Origin: Promethearchaeota archaeon
GTDB taxonomy: Archaea > Asgardarchaeota > Lokiarchaeia > Sigyniarchaeales > SOKP01
DNA: 64,000 bases
Assembly: GCA_016840085.1 (NCBI GenBank)
Contig: JAEOTA010000004.1
Span: 64,001-128,000, forward strand
Direction: 5' to 3'
This document shows, one piece after another, positions 9,224 through 17,428 of this stretch. Positions within the stretch are counted from its first letter, which is position 1, and the number at the start of each line of letters is the position of its first letter. Position numbers and translations under genes: made by a program. The notes below the pieces were generated by a model. That model was not told the origin of the DNA. It made no database searches and saw only the letters and a program-made list of their open reading frames with translations.

Positions 9224-9327
9224 TGGGCCTGGCAGGATTCGAACCTGCGACATCCCAGTCCGAAGCCGGGCACCCTTTCTGTTTTTTTCCTTATTGGAAA
9301 AAAATATCCAGACTAGATTACAGGCCC
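9224..9327 (-). tRNA. tRNA-Arg(TCG) with ~29-nt non-canonical D-loop intron (~9276-9304)
   Basis: Acceptor GGGCCTG/CAGGCCC, anticodon arm CCCGG-CTTCGGA-CTGGG, T arm GCAGG-TTCGAAT-CCTGC; insert T7CC-AATAA-GGA7-CAGAAA after GGATA. Confidence 0.9.
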
Positions 9328-9599
9328 AATAAAAATTGGGATTGTAAATTATAATAACTATAATAGAATAAGCAAATTAAATTTTAACTATTTTGTTTTA
9401 GTGGTGTCATTCCTTAAATAATAATTATTATTATAATTTTTATCTTAAATTTAACGTCTCAAGTGATACATACCCATTAATACATAGGATTAAAAATAAA
9501 TAGTGATAATATTTTTATCCTTTATTTCAAAAAAAGTTTTACAACAAGAATACTAATGAGTATTGTAAATTCAAACTAAATAGGAAAATCAATAGTAGT

Positions 9600-10049
9600 T
9601 TACTCTATTTTTTTAAAACCATTATTTATATATTTTAGAATTAACCTTAATAGTTTAATGAATCTTAAACCCTGAGTAAGATCACCATCAACTTTAATTA
9701 TACCTTTCATATATGCTTCACTTCCACGCATTTCTCGCTTAAGAACTTTGATTATTATATCCTTTGTAAATTTCACCTGAAATGACGCATCTCTGTTAAC
9801 TCCCTTTTTATAAATTATTGATTCCTTAGACACCTTAATCCAAAAATTAAATTTTATGTCTGTTATAAAAATCTGATAAATATAGTTATAATCATTGATT
9901 TCTTCTAAGAGTTCCTCTGTATTCATGACAATATTTATTCCCAAGTTTATAATCTTGCCTAAATTAGTAATAAACTCTTGGTTCTTATCCTCTAAATCGC
10001 TAATTACCGAATTGAAACTTTTTGAATCAAGCATATTAATTTGGGTCAT
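9600..10049 (-). CDS. SCP2 sterol/lipid-binding domain protein
   Basis: AYMKGIIKVDGDL SCP2 signature. Confidence 0.8.
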   Translation of the reverse strand: MTQINMLDSKSFNSVISDLEDKNQEFITNLGKIINLGINIVMNTEELLEEINDYNYIYQIFITDIKFNFWIKVSKESIIYKKGVNRDASFQVKFTKDIIIKVLKREMRGSEAYMKGIIKVDGDLTQGLRFIKLLRLILKYINNGFKKIE

Positions 10050-10208
10050 ATGCCACTATAAAAAATATTATTATACCTAAGTATTCCTTATTATCTACAT
10101 CATCATAAAACAATATAAATCTTTCTATGAGGATGTATTAACATCCTATTCAGAATAAAATTTTTATATTTTCCTTTATTTCTTTGATTATATACTTATT
10201 TTTCTAAA

Positions 10209-10316
10209 GCCCACATAGTGTAGCCCGGTCCAGCATTCGGGACTGTCACTCCTGCGACGCGGGTTCAAAAAAAATATGGTTTCTCCGTGTTTTGGAACAT
10301 CCCGCTGTGGGCGCCA
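10209..10316 (+). tRNA. tRNA-Asp(GTC) with 30-nt T-loop intron at 59/60 (10270-10299), CCA encoded
   Basis: Acceptor GCCCACA/TGTGGGC, anticodon arm CGGGA-CTGTCAC-TCCTG, T stem GCGGG/CCCGC; removing the intron restores TTCAAAT. Confidence 0.92.
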
Positions 10317-10445
10317 TTATAAATTTAGATTAACTCATTTTAATTGAATTTCTTATAAAAACTGTAATAAAAGTGTCAAATTTTTAGTTTCTGCAACATT
10401 ATTACTATTAATTTAAGATTTAATTACTTAATATCTAAATTTAAA

Positions 10446-11705
10446 ATGAGTAATCATTCAGATAATAAAGTTGAATTAATGGCACCTTTAAAGAATTTTA
10501 AATCTTTAAATGCCGCATTAAAAAATGCTAATGCGGTCTATTTTGGTGTTGAATCGCTAAATATGCGAATGTTTAGTGACAATTTTAAATTAGAGGATTT
10601 GAATAAAATTGTTTCATTATGCCATGAAAATAATGTGAAAGCGTATTTGACTACAAACGTAGTAATTTATGATAATGAAATTGAATTAACAGAAAAAATA
10701 TTAAATAAGGCTTCTGAAGCAGAAATTGATGCTGTTATAATACATGATATTGGAGCAATAGAATTAGCAAAAAGTAAAGGATTAAAGTTCCATATTTCTA
10801 CTCAAGCTAATGTATCTAATGCTCTGTCAGCTAAATTTTATGAAAACTTAGGAGCTGAAAGATTAATTCTAGCAAGGGAATTATCACTTGAGCAAATTAA
10901 AGAGATAAGAAAAAAAGTAAGTAAATGTGAACTTGAAATATTTATTCATGGAGCACAATGCACTTCTATTTCGGGCAGATGCTATTTTTCAGCTGAAATT
11001 TGTGAATCACAGGATTATTCAGCAAATCGAGGGAAGTGTATTCAACCATGTCGGAGAAGATGGAAAGTATATGATGATGAAAATAATGAATTCATTTATG
11101 ACGGCGTTTTTTTTATAAACACTAAAGATCTTTGTATGATTGAACATATTCCTCTATTAATTCAAGCAAATATAGATGCTTTTAAGATAGAAGGGAGAAT
11201 GAGAGACCCTATTTATATTGAGGAAGTTACTAAATGTTATCGTGAAGCTATAGATGCATATTACGAAAATACATTTACAAATCAAAAAGTTCAAGAATGG
11301 CTTACTCGCTTGAAAAGAGTATACAATCGAGGTTTTTCTACTGGATTTTATTTTGGATTTCCTAAAGGTAGCGAAATTGAAGGAGAACGAGAAGGAAATA
11401 TTTCAGATTTCAGAAAAATTGAAATTGGGAAAGTAATATCTTATTTCCCCGAAAAATCCGCAGCAAAAATTATTTTAACTAAAGGAAAATTAAAATTGGG
11501 AGATGAAGTTTTTATTATTGGGACTCACACAGATACTTACTTGCATCAAAAAATTCAATCAATTCAAATTAAACAAAAAAAGAATCTAACTGAAACACCC
11601 ATCGTGTCAAAAGGTAAACCAATAACAGTTGGGATACTAGTCGATAAACCTGTTAAAAAGAATGATAGAATTTTCAAATTAGAATCTATGAATAAAAATA
11701 ATTAA
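10446..11705 (+). CDS. peptidase U32 family protein (RNA hydroxylase-like, Fe-S)
   Basis: ELMAP, AVYFG, HISTQ, LARELSL, HGAQC..SGRC, NRGKCIQPCR, KIEGR. Confidence 0.9.
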   Translation: MSNHSDNKVELMAPLKNFKSLNAALKNANAVYFGVESLNMRMFSDNFKLEDLNKIVSLCHENNVKAYLTTNVVIYDNEIELTEKILNKASEAEIDAVIIHDIGAIELAKSKGLKFHISTQANVSNALSAKFYENLGAERLILARELSLEQIKEIRKKVSKCELEIFIHGAQCTSISGRCYFSAEICESQDYSANRGKCIQPCRRRWKVYDDENNEFIYDGVFFINTKDLCMIEHIPLLIQANIDAFKIEGRMRDPIYIEEVTKCYREAIDAYYENTFTNQKVQEWLTRLKRVYNRGFSTGFYFGFPKGSEIEGEREGNISDFRKIEIGKVISYFPEKSAAKIILTKGKLKLGDEVFIIGTHTDTYLHQKIQSIQIKQKKNLTETPIVSKGKPITVGILVDKPVKKNDRIFKLESMNKNN

Positions 11706-11779
11706 ATTAAACTTATAAAAAATTTAAAGAAAAAAAAAGAAATGATTATATAGAATGGGTTGATTTTAATGAGAACCTT

Positions 11780-12214
11780 TTATAAATCTTCAACTAAATC
11801 TTCATATGCTTCTAATGCTAATTCAATAATTTCCTGGAAAGCCATAGCATCTTGAAGATTTCCTTCTACAGTGATATCTCCTGCCATATATGCACTTGTT
11901 GCATCAACTTCGCCCATTAGAATTCCAGCACCAACTTCTAAAGTTGAAGACATAGTGAATGAAGGATTATCTACATCTCCATCACCAAAATCTAAATCGC
12001 CCTCTTTCACAGTTAGCCAAAATTTCTTGTCTGCGTCTGAAATTACCATTTGAATAGCGATATCCATGTCTTCAAGCTCTTCTTTAAGATCTTCATTCTC
12101 AGTTGAGATTTCTTTAATGAACGCAAAAACCTTCATCATATCGTCAACCACAGCTGCTCCAGCTCCCTTTTCCTGGGCCGCTTTTAAATCTTTTAATAAT
12201 GATTCGTCAACCAT
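11780..12214 (-). CDS. SCP2 sterol/lipid-binding domain protein (acidic)
   Basis: GEVDATSAYMAGDITVEGNLQDAMAF; start placed at MVDESLL. Confidence 0.85.
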   Translation of the reverse strand: MVDESLLKDLKAAQEKGAGAAVVDDMMKVFAFIKEISTENEDLKEELEDMDIAIQMVISDADKKFWLTVKEGDLDFGDGDVDNPSFTMSSTLEVGAGILMGEVDATSAYMAGDITVEGNLQDAMAFQEIIELALEAYEDLVEDL

Positions 12215-12620
12215 TTTAATTTTCAACCTTCTTTTTTAGTTTTATACTATATTTTCAAAATTAATTGATTAATTAAATGTATAAAATTGCAATTAGTATT
12301 AAACCTTAATATTATAAAAAGGTTTTATTTCTTTTTTACGTCGTTAAGTTTTAAAACAAATAAAAAAGAATAGATAACAAATAATTATTTTTTTTTAAAA
12401 GGCTAAGAACAAAAGAAAATTGTCGTGATAAGCTTCAAGGAATTTATAAAATACTTAGGAGTATTTAAACTATCATTTCTTCGTCATTAAATAATACTCT
12501 TATATTATTGAGTCTTATTACCTAATTTAGTTAATTTTTCCTTGATAATGCCAAAAATTAAATCAGTGAACTTTTATTAATTTGTAAGAGATAAACGACT
12601 AATAATTATTATCAATAATT

Positions 12621-13250
12621 TTGCCAAGAAAAATGATGTTAGAACAGTTATATAATGCTACTGATAATTTAATTAACCAACAGTTTTATAAAGAAGGTCG
12701 CGATATTATCATAGGCAGAACACCTGAAGTTTCAGTAAAAATTAGCAATTCAGGGCAAATTATAAGAAGATTTAAAGATTTATTTAACCAGAATTTACAT
12801 TTATTTTTAGAAGGTAAATATTTCAAATTTTTAAATCTTTTTAAGAAAATTAAGGGAGTAGATGATAATTATATTGGAGAAATTTATCAGGATCTTCAAC
12901 TTAAATTAGAAAATTTAAAAGATACAGAAAATATTAATGTAATTGTTCTATATGCAATCGTATTAAACTCTATAATTTCAACAATAAGAGATCTTAACTT
13001 TGCAACAACCCTTAGAGAAATTAAGCTACGTGTGAACTATAGAATAACTATAAGTGAGAGGAAAATTCAAGATGAATTAGATAAACTATTTATGAGAAAT
13101 GATAATAATGTTTCAATTTTATATAACATTTCATATCTTGACACATTAGCAGAATCATTTCATTATAAAAAAGTAGCTAGAACCTGCAAAATACAAAGAG
13201 GTAAATATATAAATCGTATTGTTAATTTAATTGTTGCTTCTAATAATTAG
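12621..13250 (+). CDS. hypothetical protein
   Basis: 209-aa ORF with protein-like composition; no recognised motif. Confidence 0.6.
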   Translation: MPRKMMLEQLYNATDNLINQQFYKEGRDIIIGRTPEVSVKISNSGQIIRRFKDLFNQNLHLFLEGKYFKFLNLFKKIKGVDDNYIGEIYQDLQLKLENLKDTENINVIVLYAIVLNSIISTIRDLNFATTLREIKLRVNYRITISERKIQDELDKLFMRNDNNVSILYNISYLDTLAESFHYKKVARTCKIQRGKYINRIVNLIVASNN

Positions 13251-13266
13251 AGATAAAATAATAAAT

Positions 13267-14016
13267 CTATATAACTTTACTTTTTATCATATTTTCAAGT
13301 AGAATTTTAGCTAGATTTTCCAATACTATAGTTCTCAAATTCTCATCAATCACTCGTATTCTATCTGAGAATTCGATTTGTATTGACTGTGAATTGTTAA
13401 TTTGGGATGCACCATATTGTTCTGTTATATACCCCCCAGTTAAGACATATTCTTTTCTTCTCGGGTGACCTGGTGCAATCGGTATATTTAACTTTATAAA
13501 TTTTTTTATAATGTCTCCGCGAATATTTTTATCCCAATCTTTCCTTGGGATTGGATGAGGGAAAAATGAATAAAGATTATTTGTTCCTAAAATTATATCA
13601 ACATCTCTAAATCCTGAAGGTCGGTTATTTGCTTCAAATCCATGAATATCAATCAATAGGGAATAATTATATATTCTTAAATTATTCAAAATTAGATCTC
13701 TGATTTTATTATGATAAAACGTGTAAATCTCTCTAGCAAATAAAGAATTTTGGTTATAAGCATCATCTTTACCTCTATTTAAATCAATTTTACTTCGATG
13801 TATTTTTGAAATAATATAAGATGGGCTTTTAGAATCTAAAATTTCAAACTTTTCAATTAAATCTATAGTAAATTGTATTGTACCTTTATCTATCCCAAAT
13901 ATTCCACTTGACCTTTTAGGGATAAATGAGCACTTTGAAGTTCCCCCATGAGGTACAGATATGATTAAAGGAATATTACCTTGTTTAAATTCTATGTATT
14001 CCTTTGAATCAAACAT
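13267..14016 (-). CDS. N-formylglutamate amidohydrolase family protein
   Basis: ISVPHGG, HRSKIDLNR, LIDIHG, GGYIT, QIEF. Confidence 0.8.
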   Translation of the reverse strand: MFDSKEYIEFKQGNIPLIISVPHGGTSKCSFIPKRSSGIFGIDKGTIQFTIDLIEKFEILDSKSPSYIISKIHRSKIDLNRGKDDAYNQNSLFAREIYTFYHNKIRDLILNNLRIYNYSLLIDIHGFEANNRPSGFRDVDIILGTNNLYSFFPHPIPRKDWDKNIRGDIIKKFIKLNIPIAPGHPRRKEYVLTGGYITEQYGASQINNSQSIQIEFSDRIRVIDENLRTIVLENLAKILLENMIKSKVI

Positions 14017-14084
14017 TATATCTTTATATAAACATCCCTAAGTTATAAAATATTAATAAAAAGAGAATATAAAATAATGAGAAT

Positions 14085-14540
14085 TTAAATTTGAAGGACT
14101 AAGTAAATAACATAAAATAAAATGAATGTCAGGGAATCAAATATATAAAACAATACAAACTCATATTTCTTAATTTTTTCATAAAGTAAATAAGCACATC
14201 CTAAACACATTAAACCCCCTAAACCAACCAAAATTATATCAAAAATGGCATTAACAATGCTATCTTGTCGATTCTGATACTTTAAGCCCCACTCATAAAC
14301 GAGAGTATTTTCAATAAGTTCCCAAAATATTCCAAATATTATCGTACCAATGAGAAAGGCGAACCAATGGGACATTTTTACTTTAAAATTATTTGGGTCA
14401 ATTAAATTTCTTAATGTTGATATTAGCGAGAGTAAAGCAAAAACCACAATTCCCATACAAATATGACCAAAACTGAAAAAATCAAATATAGATCGATTTA
14501 TTTCACTTGGAAGCGTTGCCCATAGCCAGTTAAATAACAT
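14085..14540 (-). CDS. small membrane protein (DUF2585-like / putative metal-binding hydrolase fold)
   Basis: FDFFSFGHI..G, WELIEN and DSIVNAIFD motifs in 4-5 TM helices. Confidence 0.6.
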   Translation of the reverse strand: MLFNWLWATLPSEINRSIFDFFSFGHICMGIVVFALLSLISTLRNLIDPNNFKVKMSHWFAFLIGTIIFGIFWELIENTLVYEWGLKYQNRQDSIVNAIFDIILVGLGGLMCLGCAYLLYEKIKKYEFVLFYIFDSLTFILFYVIYLVLQI

Positions 14541-14676
14541 ATTTCTCTCCTTTTGATAATTTATATATAATTTAAAATAATTTATTATAAATTTAATTTA
14601 GAAAGTAATGTAATTAGGTTATCATTTTTATTAAAACCGTTAAATAATATTAACGATTTTTATTAAAAAATGTTTA

Positions 14677-14902
14677 CATGAAGTTTACGTTCAATGCCGT
14701 TTATTCATGAGGGCTAAAACCCGTAGCCTCTATCCGATGGCCAAAAGGCATCTCGGACTACTTAATCTTCTGAAAGATTATCATTCTAGTGCTATACTAG
14801 ATGGGCTTTCAGCTACATGTCCTCCCGATTCGGGAGCAATTTTCTAAAAATGAGGGAAGTCCTCTGAGAATACAACTATAGTTCCAATGCAATGATACTA
14901 TA
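14677..14902. ncRNA. candidate structured non-coding RNA or mobile-element remnant of unknown class (minus strand slightly favoured)
   Basis: GC-enriched island in an AT-rich spacer with 8-9 consecutive stems and a possible pseudoknot; no ORF. Confidence 0.55.
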
Positions 14903-15156
14903 AAAATAAATAATTCTTTCTTGGTTCACCTTTTATTTAAAACATTTAATTATTTTATTTCAATTAAAAAGAGATTCCTATTTAAATTGAATGAGTCATA
15001 TGAATTTTGATATAATAATTGGATGTCTTGAGACATTAAAGCTAACAATAAACAAATTATATTAAAATTTTTTAATATGAATTAAGATTTTTAATATATT
15101 TTATGATTATATATAATCAGGATAATAATACTATCAAATTTATTTTGTGTTAATCT

Positions 15157-16440
15157 TTGCAGAAGAAAATTGCATTTGTTCTTTATTATAATAAAGATAA
15201 TATTTATAGCTTAAACTCTATAGCTGCAGCTCTTGAGACTGGAGAATATTTTGAGGGTATAGAATTTTATTTTATTTTAAAAGAAAATGATCTTATACGA
15301 AATCTCCAGAATATTATTGATAATCATGATACTATTTTGGTAGGGATATCTTTTTTTACAACTCAACTATTTGATACTCATGATTTAATAAGAAGCCTTA
15401 AATCTAAATATGGAGATAAATGCTTATTCGTTGCCGGAGGACCCCATCCTACTGGGGATCCAATAGGAACTCTTGAAATGGGATTTGATTTAGTAGTAGT
15501 TGGCGAAGGAGAAGAAACAATTAAAGAGCTTATGAAGAACCTATTTCTTAATAAAAAATTAGATAATATTAAAGGAATAGCTTATTTGAATGAAAAAAAT
15601 AATTATATTTATACAGGAAAAAGAGCACCAATTAACCTAGATGAATATCCTCCTTTTCCAATAAAAAATACTAGATTTGGAGCAATTGAAATAACAAGAG
15701 GTTGCCCATATGTATGCTACTTTTGTCAGATCCCTTATATTTCAGGAACAATCCCAAGGCATAGAAATATAGAGTCTATCTGTAAATCTGTAAAAATTTT
15801 ACATGATTATTATGGTGATCTTACAGATATTAGATTTATAACTCCAAATGCTTTTTCTTATGGTTCTAAAGACGGAAAAAAAGTAAATCTGGCTAAACTT
15901 AAAGATTTACTTTTAAATATTAGAGAAATAATTGGTGAGAAAGCTAAAATTTTTTTTGGAACTTTTCCATCAGAAGTAAGACCTGAACATGTAAATCAAG
16001 ATACTTTAGATTTAGTTTTAAAATATGCTGATAACGATAATATTACTATAGGTGCTCAATCTGGTAGTCAAAAGATATTGGAATTATGCCATAGAGATCA
16101 TACTTCAGAAGATGTGTATAAAGCTGTTAATCTGGCATTAAAGTCAAAACTTAAGGTTAATGTAGATTTTATCTTTGGGTTACCTGGAGAAATAGAGGAA
16201 GATATTGCACTTACAATTAAAATGATGAGAAATTTATCAGAATTAGGAGCAAGAATTCATGCCCATTCATTTATTCCCTTACCACAGACACCGTTTGCTA
16301 AGCAACCTGTTAAGCATTTGAATGAAGCTTATAAAAAAGCAATAAAAAATTTAATATCAAAAGGATATGCGTTTGGAGATTGGAATAAACAAGAAAAGAT
16401 AGCATTTAAAATTGCCCAATATTTAAAAAATAACATTTAA
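15157..16440 (+). CDS. B12-binding domain / radical SAM protein (TIGR04013-like)
   Basis: VAGGPHPT, VVGEGE, EITRGCPYVCYFC CxxxCxxC, GTFPSEVRPE. Confidence 0.88.
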   Translation: MQKKIAFVLYYNKDNIYSLNSIAAALETGEYFEGIEFYFILKENDLIRNLQNIIDNHDTILVGISFFTTQLFDTHDLIRSLKSKYGDKCLFVAGGPHPTGDPIGTLEMGFDLVVVGEGEETIKELMKNLFLNKKLDNIKGIAYLNEKNNYIYTGKRAPINLDEYPPFPIKNTRFGAIEITRGCPYVCYFCQIPYISGTIPRHRNIESICKSVKILHDYYGDLTDIRFITPNAFSYGSKDGKKVNLAKLKDLLLNIREIIGEKAKIFFGTFPSEVRPEHVNQDTLDLVLKYADNDNITIGAQSGSQKILELCHRDHTSEDVYKAVNLALKSKLKVNVDFIFGLPGEIEEDIALTIKMMRNLSELGARIHAHSFIPLPQTPFAKQPVKHLNEAYKKAIKNLISKGYAFGDWNKQEKIAFKIAQYLKNNI

Positions 16441-16452
16441 ATAAAGTTAAAT

Positions 16453-17313
16453 TTATTTAACAAGTCTGATCTTATTTTCTTCTTTCTTTATAAAACCTTC
16501 TTTTTCTAATTTATTAAGCACATTTTTAACTCTCTTTTGATCAAAATTGACGAATTTTTTTTCAAAGTCTAATTTATGGAGCGTTTTAGTCTTTATTAGA
16601 ATTTTTAAAACTTCTCCTCTAAGTTGTCTGTTCGATCCTTTGAAAGAGGTTTGCTTTCGATAATGAGCACTCTTTTTATTTAATTCAGGGTGAGTTTTTT
16701 TTAACATAACTCCGTAATCCATAAGCGCATAATACCAGTCTCGTGGGTTTTTTTTATCAATTGTTTTCTCAACAAAAGGTGAAATTTCTTTGTCTTTTAC
16801 GTGATTTTTGTTAGCAAAAAAGAAGTAGAGGTATACATTTCTGATATTAGTTTCAATAAAGATTGTAGGTTTATTAAACGCAAACGTAACAATTGAGGAT
16901 GCTGTATTATGTCCTATTTGAGGAAATGATTTTAGAATCTCTATAGAATTAGGCATCTTACCATCATAATCATTTATTATAATATCAGCTATTTTTTTTA
17001 GTGCAACTGCTCTACGATTATACCCTAGTCCTTTCCATACCTTAAGAACCTTATCAAGTGGAGCTTTTGAGAGGGTAGAAAAATCAGGGAAACTTTCTAA
17101 AAACTCTAAAAACTTCTCTGAGACTCTCTTTGTTTGAGTTTGTTGTAGCATAATTTCTGAAATCAAAACTTTATAAGGTGTGATTTCCTCTCTGAAAGGA
17201 AAATCTCTTTTAAAATTTTTGTAATAGGAGTAAATAATTTTTTGGAATGATTGAACTAATTCAGATGTTAATCCAGATGTTTTATAAAGCTTATGAAAAT
17301 CAGTAATAAGCAT
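16453..17313 (-). CDS. mutY: A/G-specific adenine glycosylase (MutY-like, HhH-GPD), no Fe-S cysteine cluster
   Basis: SEIMLQQTQ, WKGLGYNRRA, ETNIR, ALMDYG, FKGSNRQLRG. Confidence 0.8.
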   Translation of the reverse strand: MLITDFHKLYKTSGLTSELVQSFQKIIYSYYKNFKRDFPFREEITPYKVLISEIMLQQTQTKRVSEKFLEFLESFPDFSTLSKAPLDKVLKVWKGLGYNRRAVALKKIADIIINDYDGKMPNSIEILKSFPQIGHNTASSIVTFAFNKPTIFIETNIRNVYLYFFFANKNHVKDKEISPFVEKTIDKKNPRDWYYALMDYGVMLKKTHPELNKKSAHYRKQTSFKGSNRQLRGEVLKILIKTKTLHKLDFEKKFVNFDQKRVKNVLNKLEKEGFIKKEENKIRLVK

Positions 17314-17428
17314 TTTTTTGATAATAAAGGAGTTAAATATACATTAATTGAATATTTGATAGAAATAAAGCTATAAATAAAAAGAATTTATGGATTTCAA
17401 AGTATAAAAGTTATTTGAAAATACCTTA

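Noticed and set aside
10130-10147. Short inverted repeats AGGATGT-ATTA-ACATCCT, and ATGTCT-TG-AGACAT at 15023-15036
   Set aside because: Single 6-7 bp arms with no adjacent regulator; not distinguishable from chance.
9224-10316. tRNA genes as integration (att) sites for an island
   Set aside because: No duplicated tRNA 3' end and no integrase seen in the window.
14689-14720. Single CRISPR-repeat-like 32-mer GTTCAATGCC...GGGCTAAAAC
   Set aside because: Only one copy and no cas genes in the window; retained only as part of the structured element.
14852-14862. GAGGGAAGTCC resembling RNase P RNA CR-I (GAGGAAAGUCC)
   Set aside because: It lies at the end of the structured region with no downstream CR-II to CR-V elements, and is explained by a local hairpin.
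14750-14872. Group I intron R/S-like words on the minus strand (CUCAGAGGACU, AAGAUUAAGUAGUCC), and hammerhead- or SRP-like motifs
   Set aside because: No room for P4-P6, no host exon, J8/7 too short; hammerhead CUGAUGA/GAAA and SRP helix-8 consensus are not satisfied.
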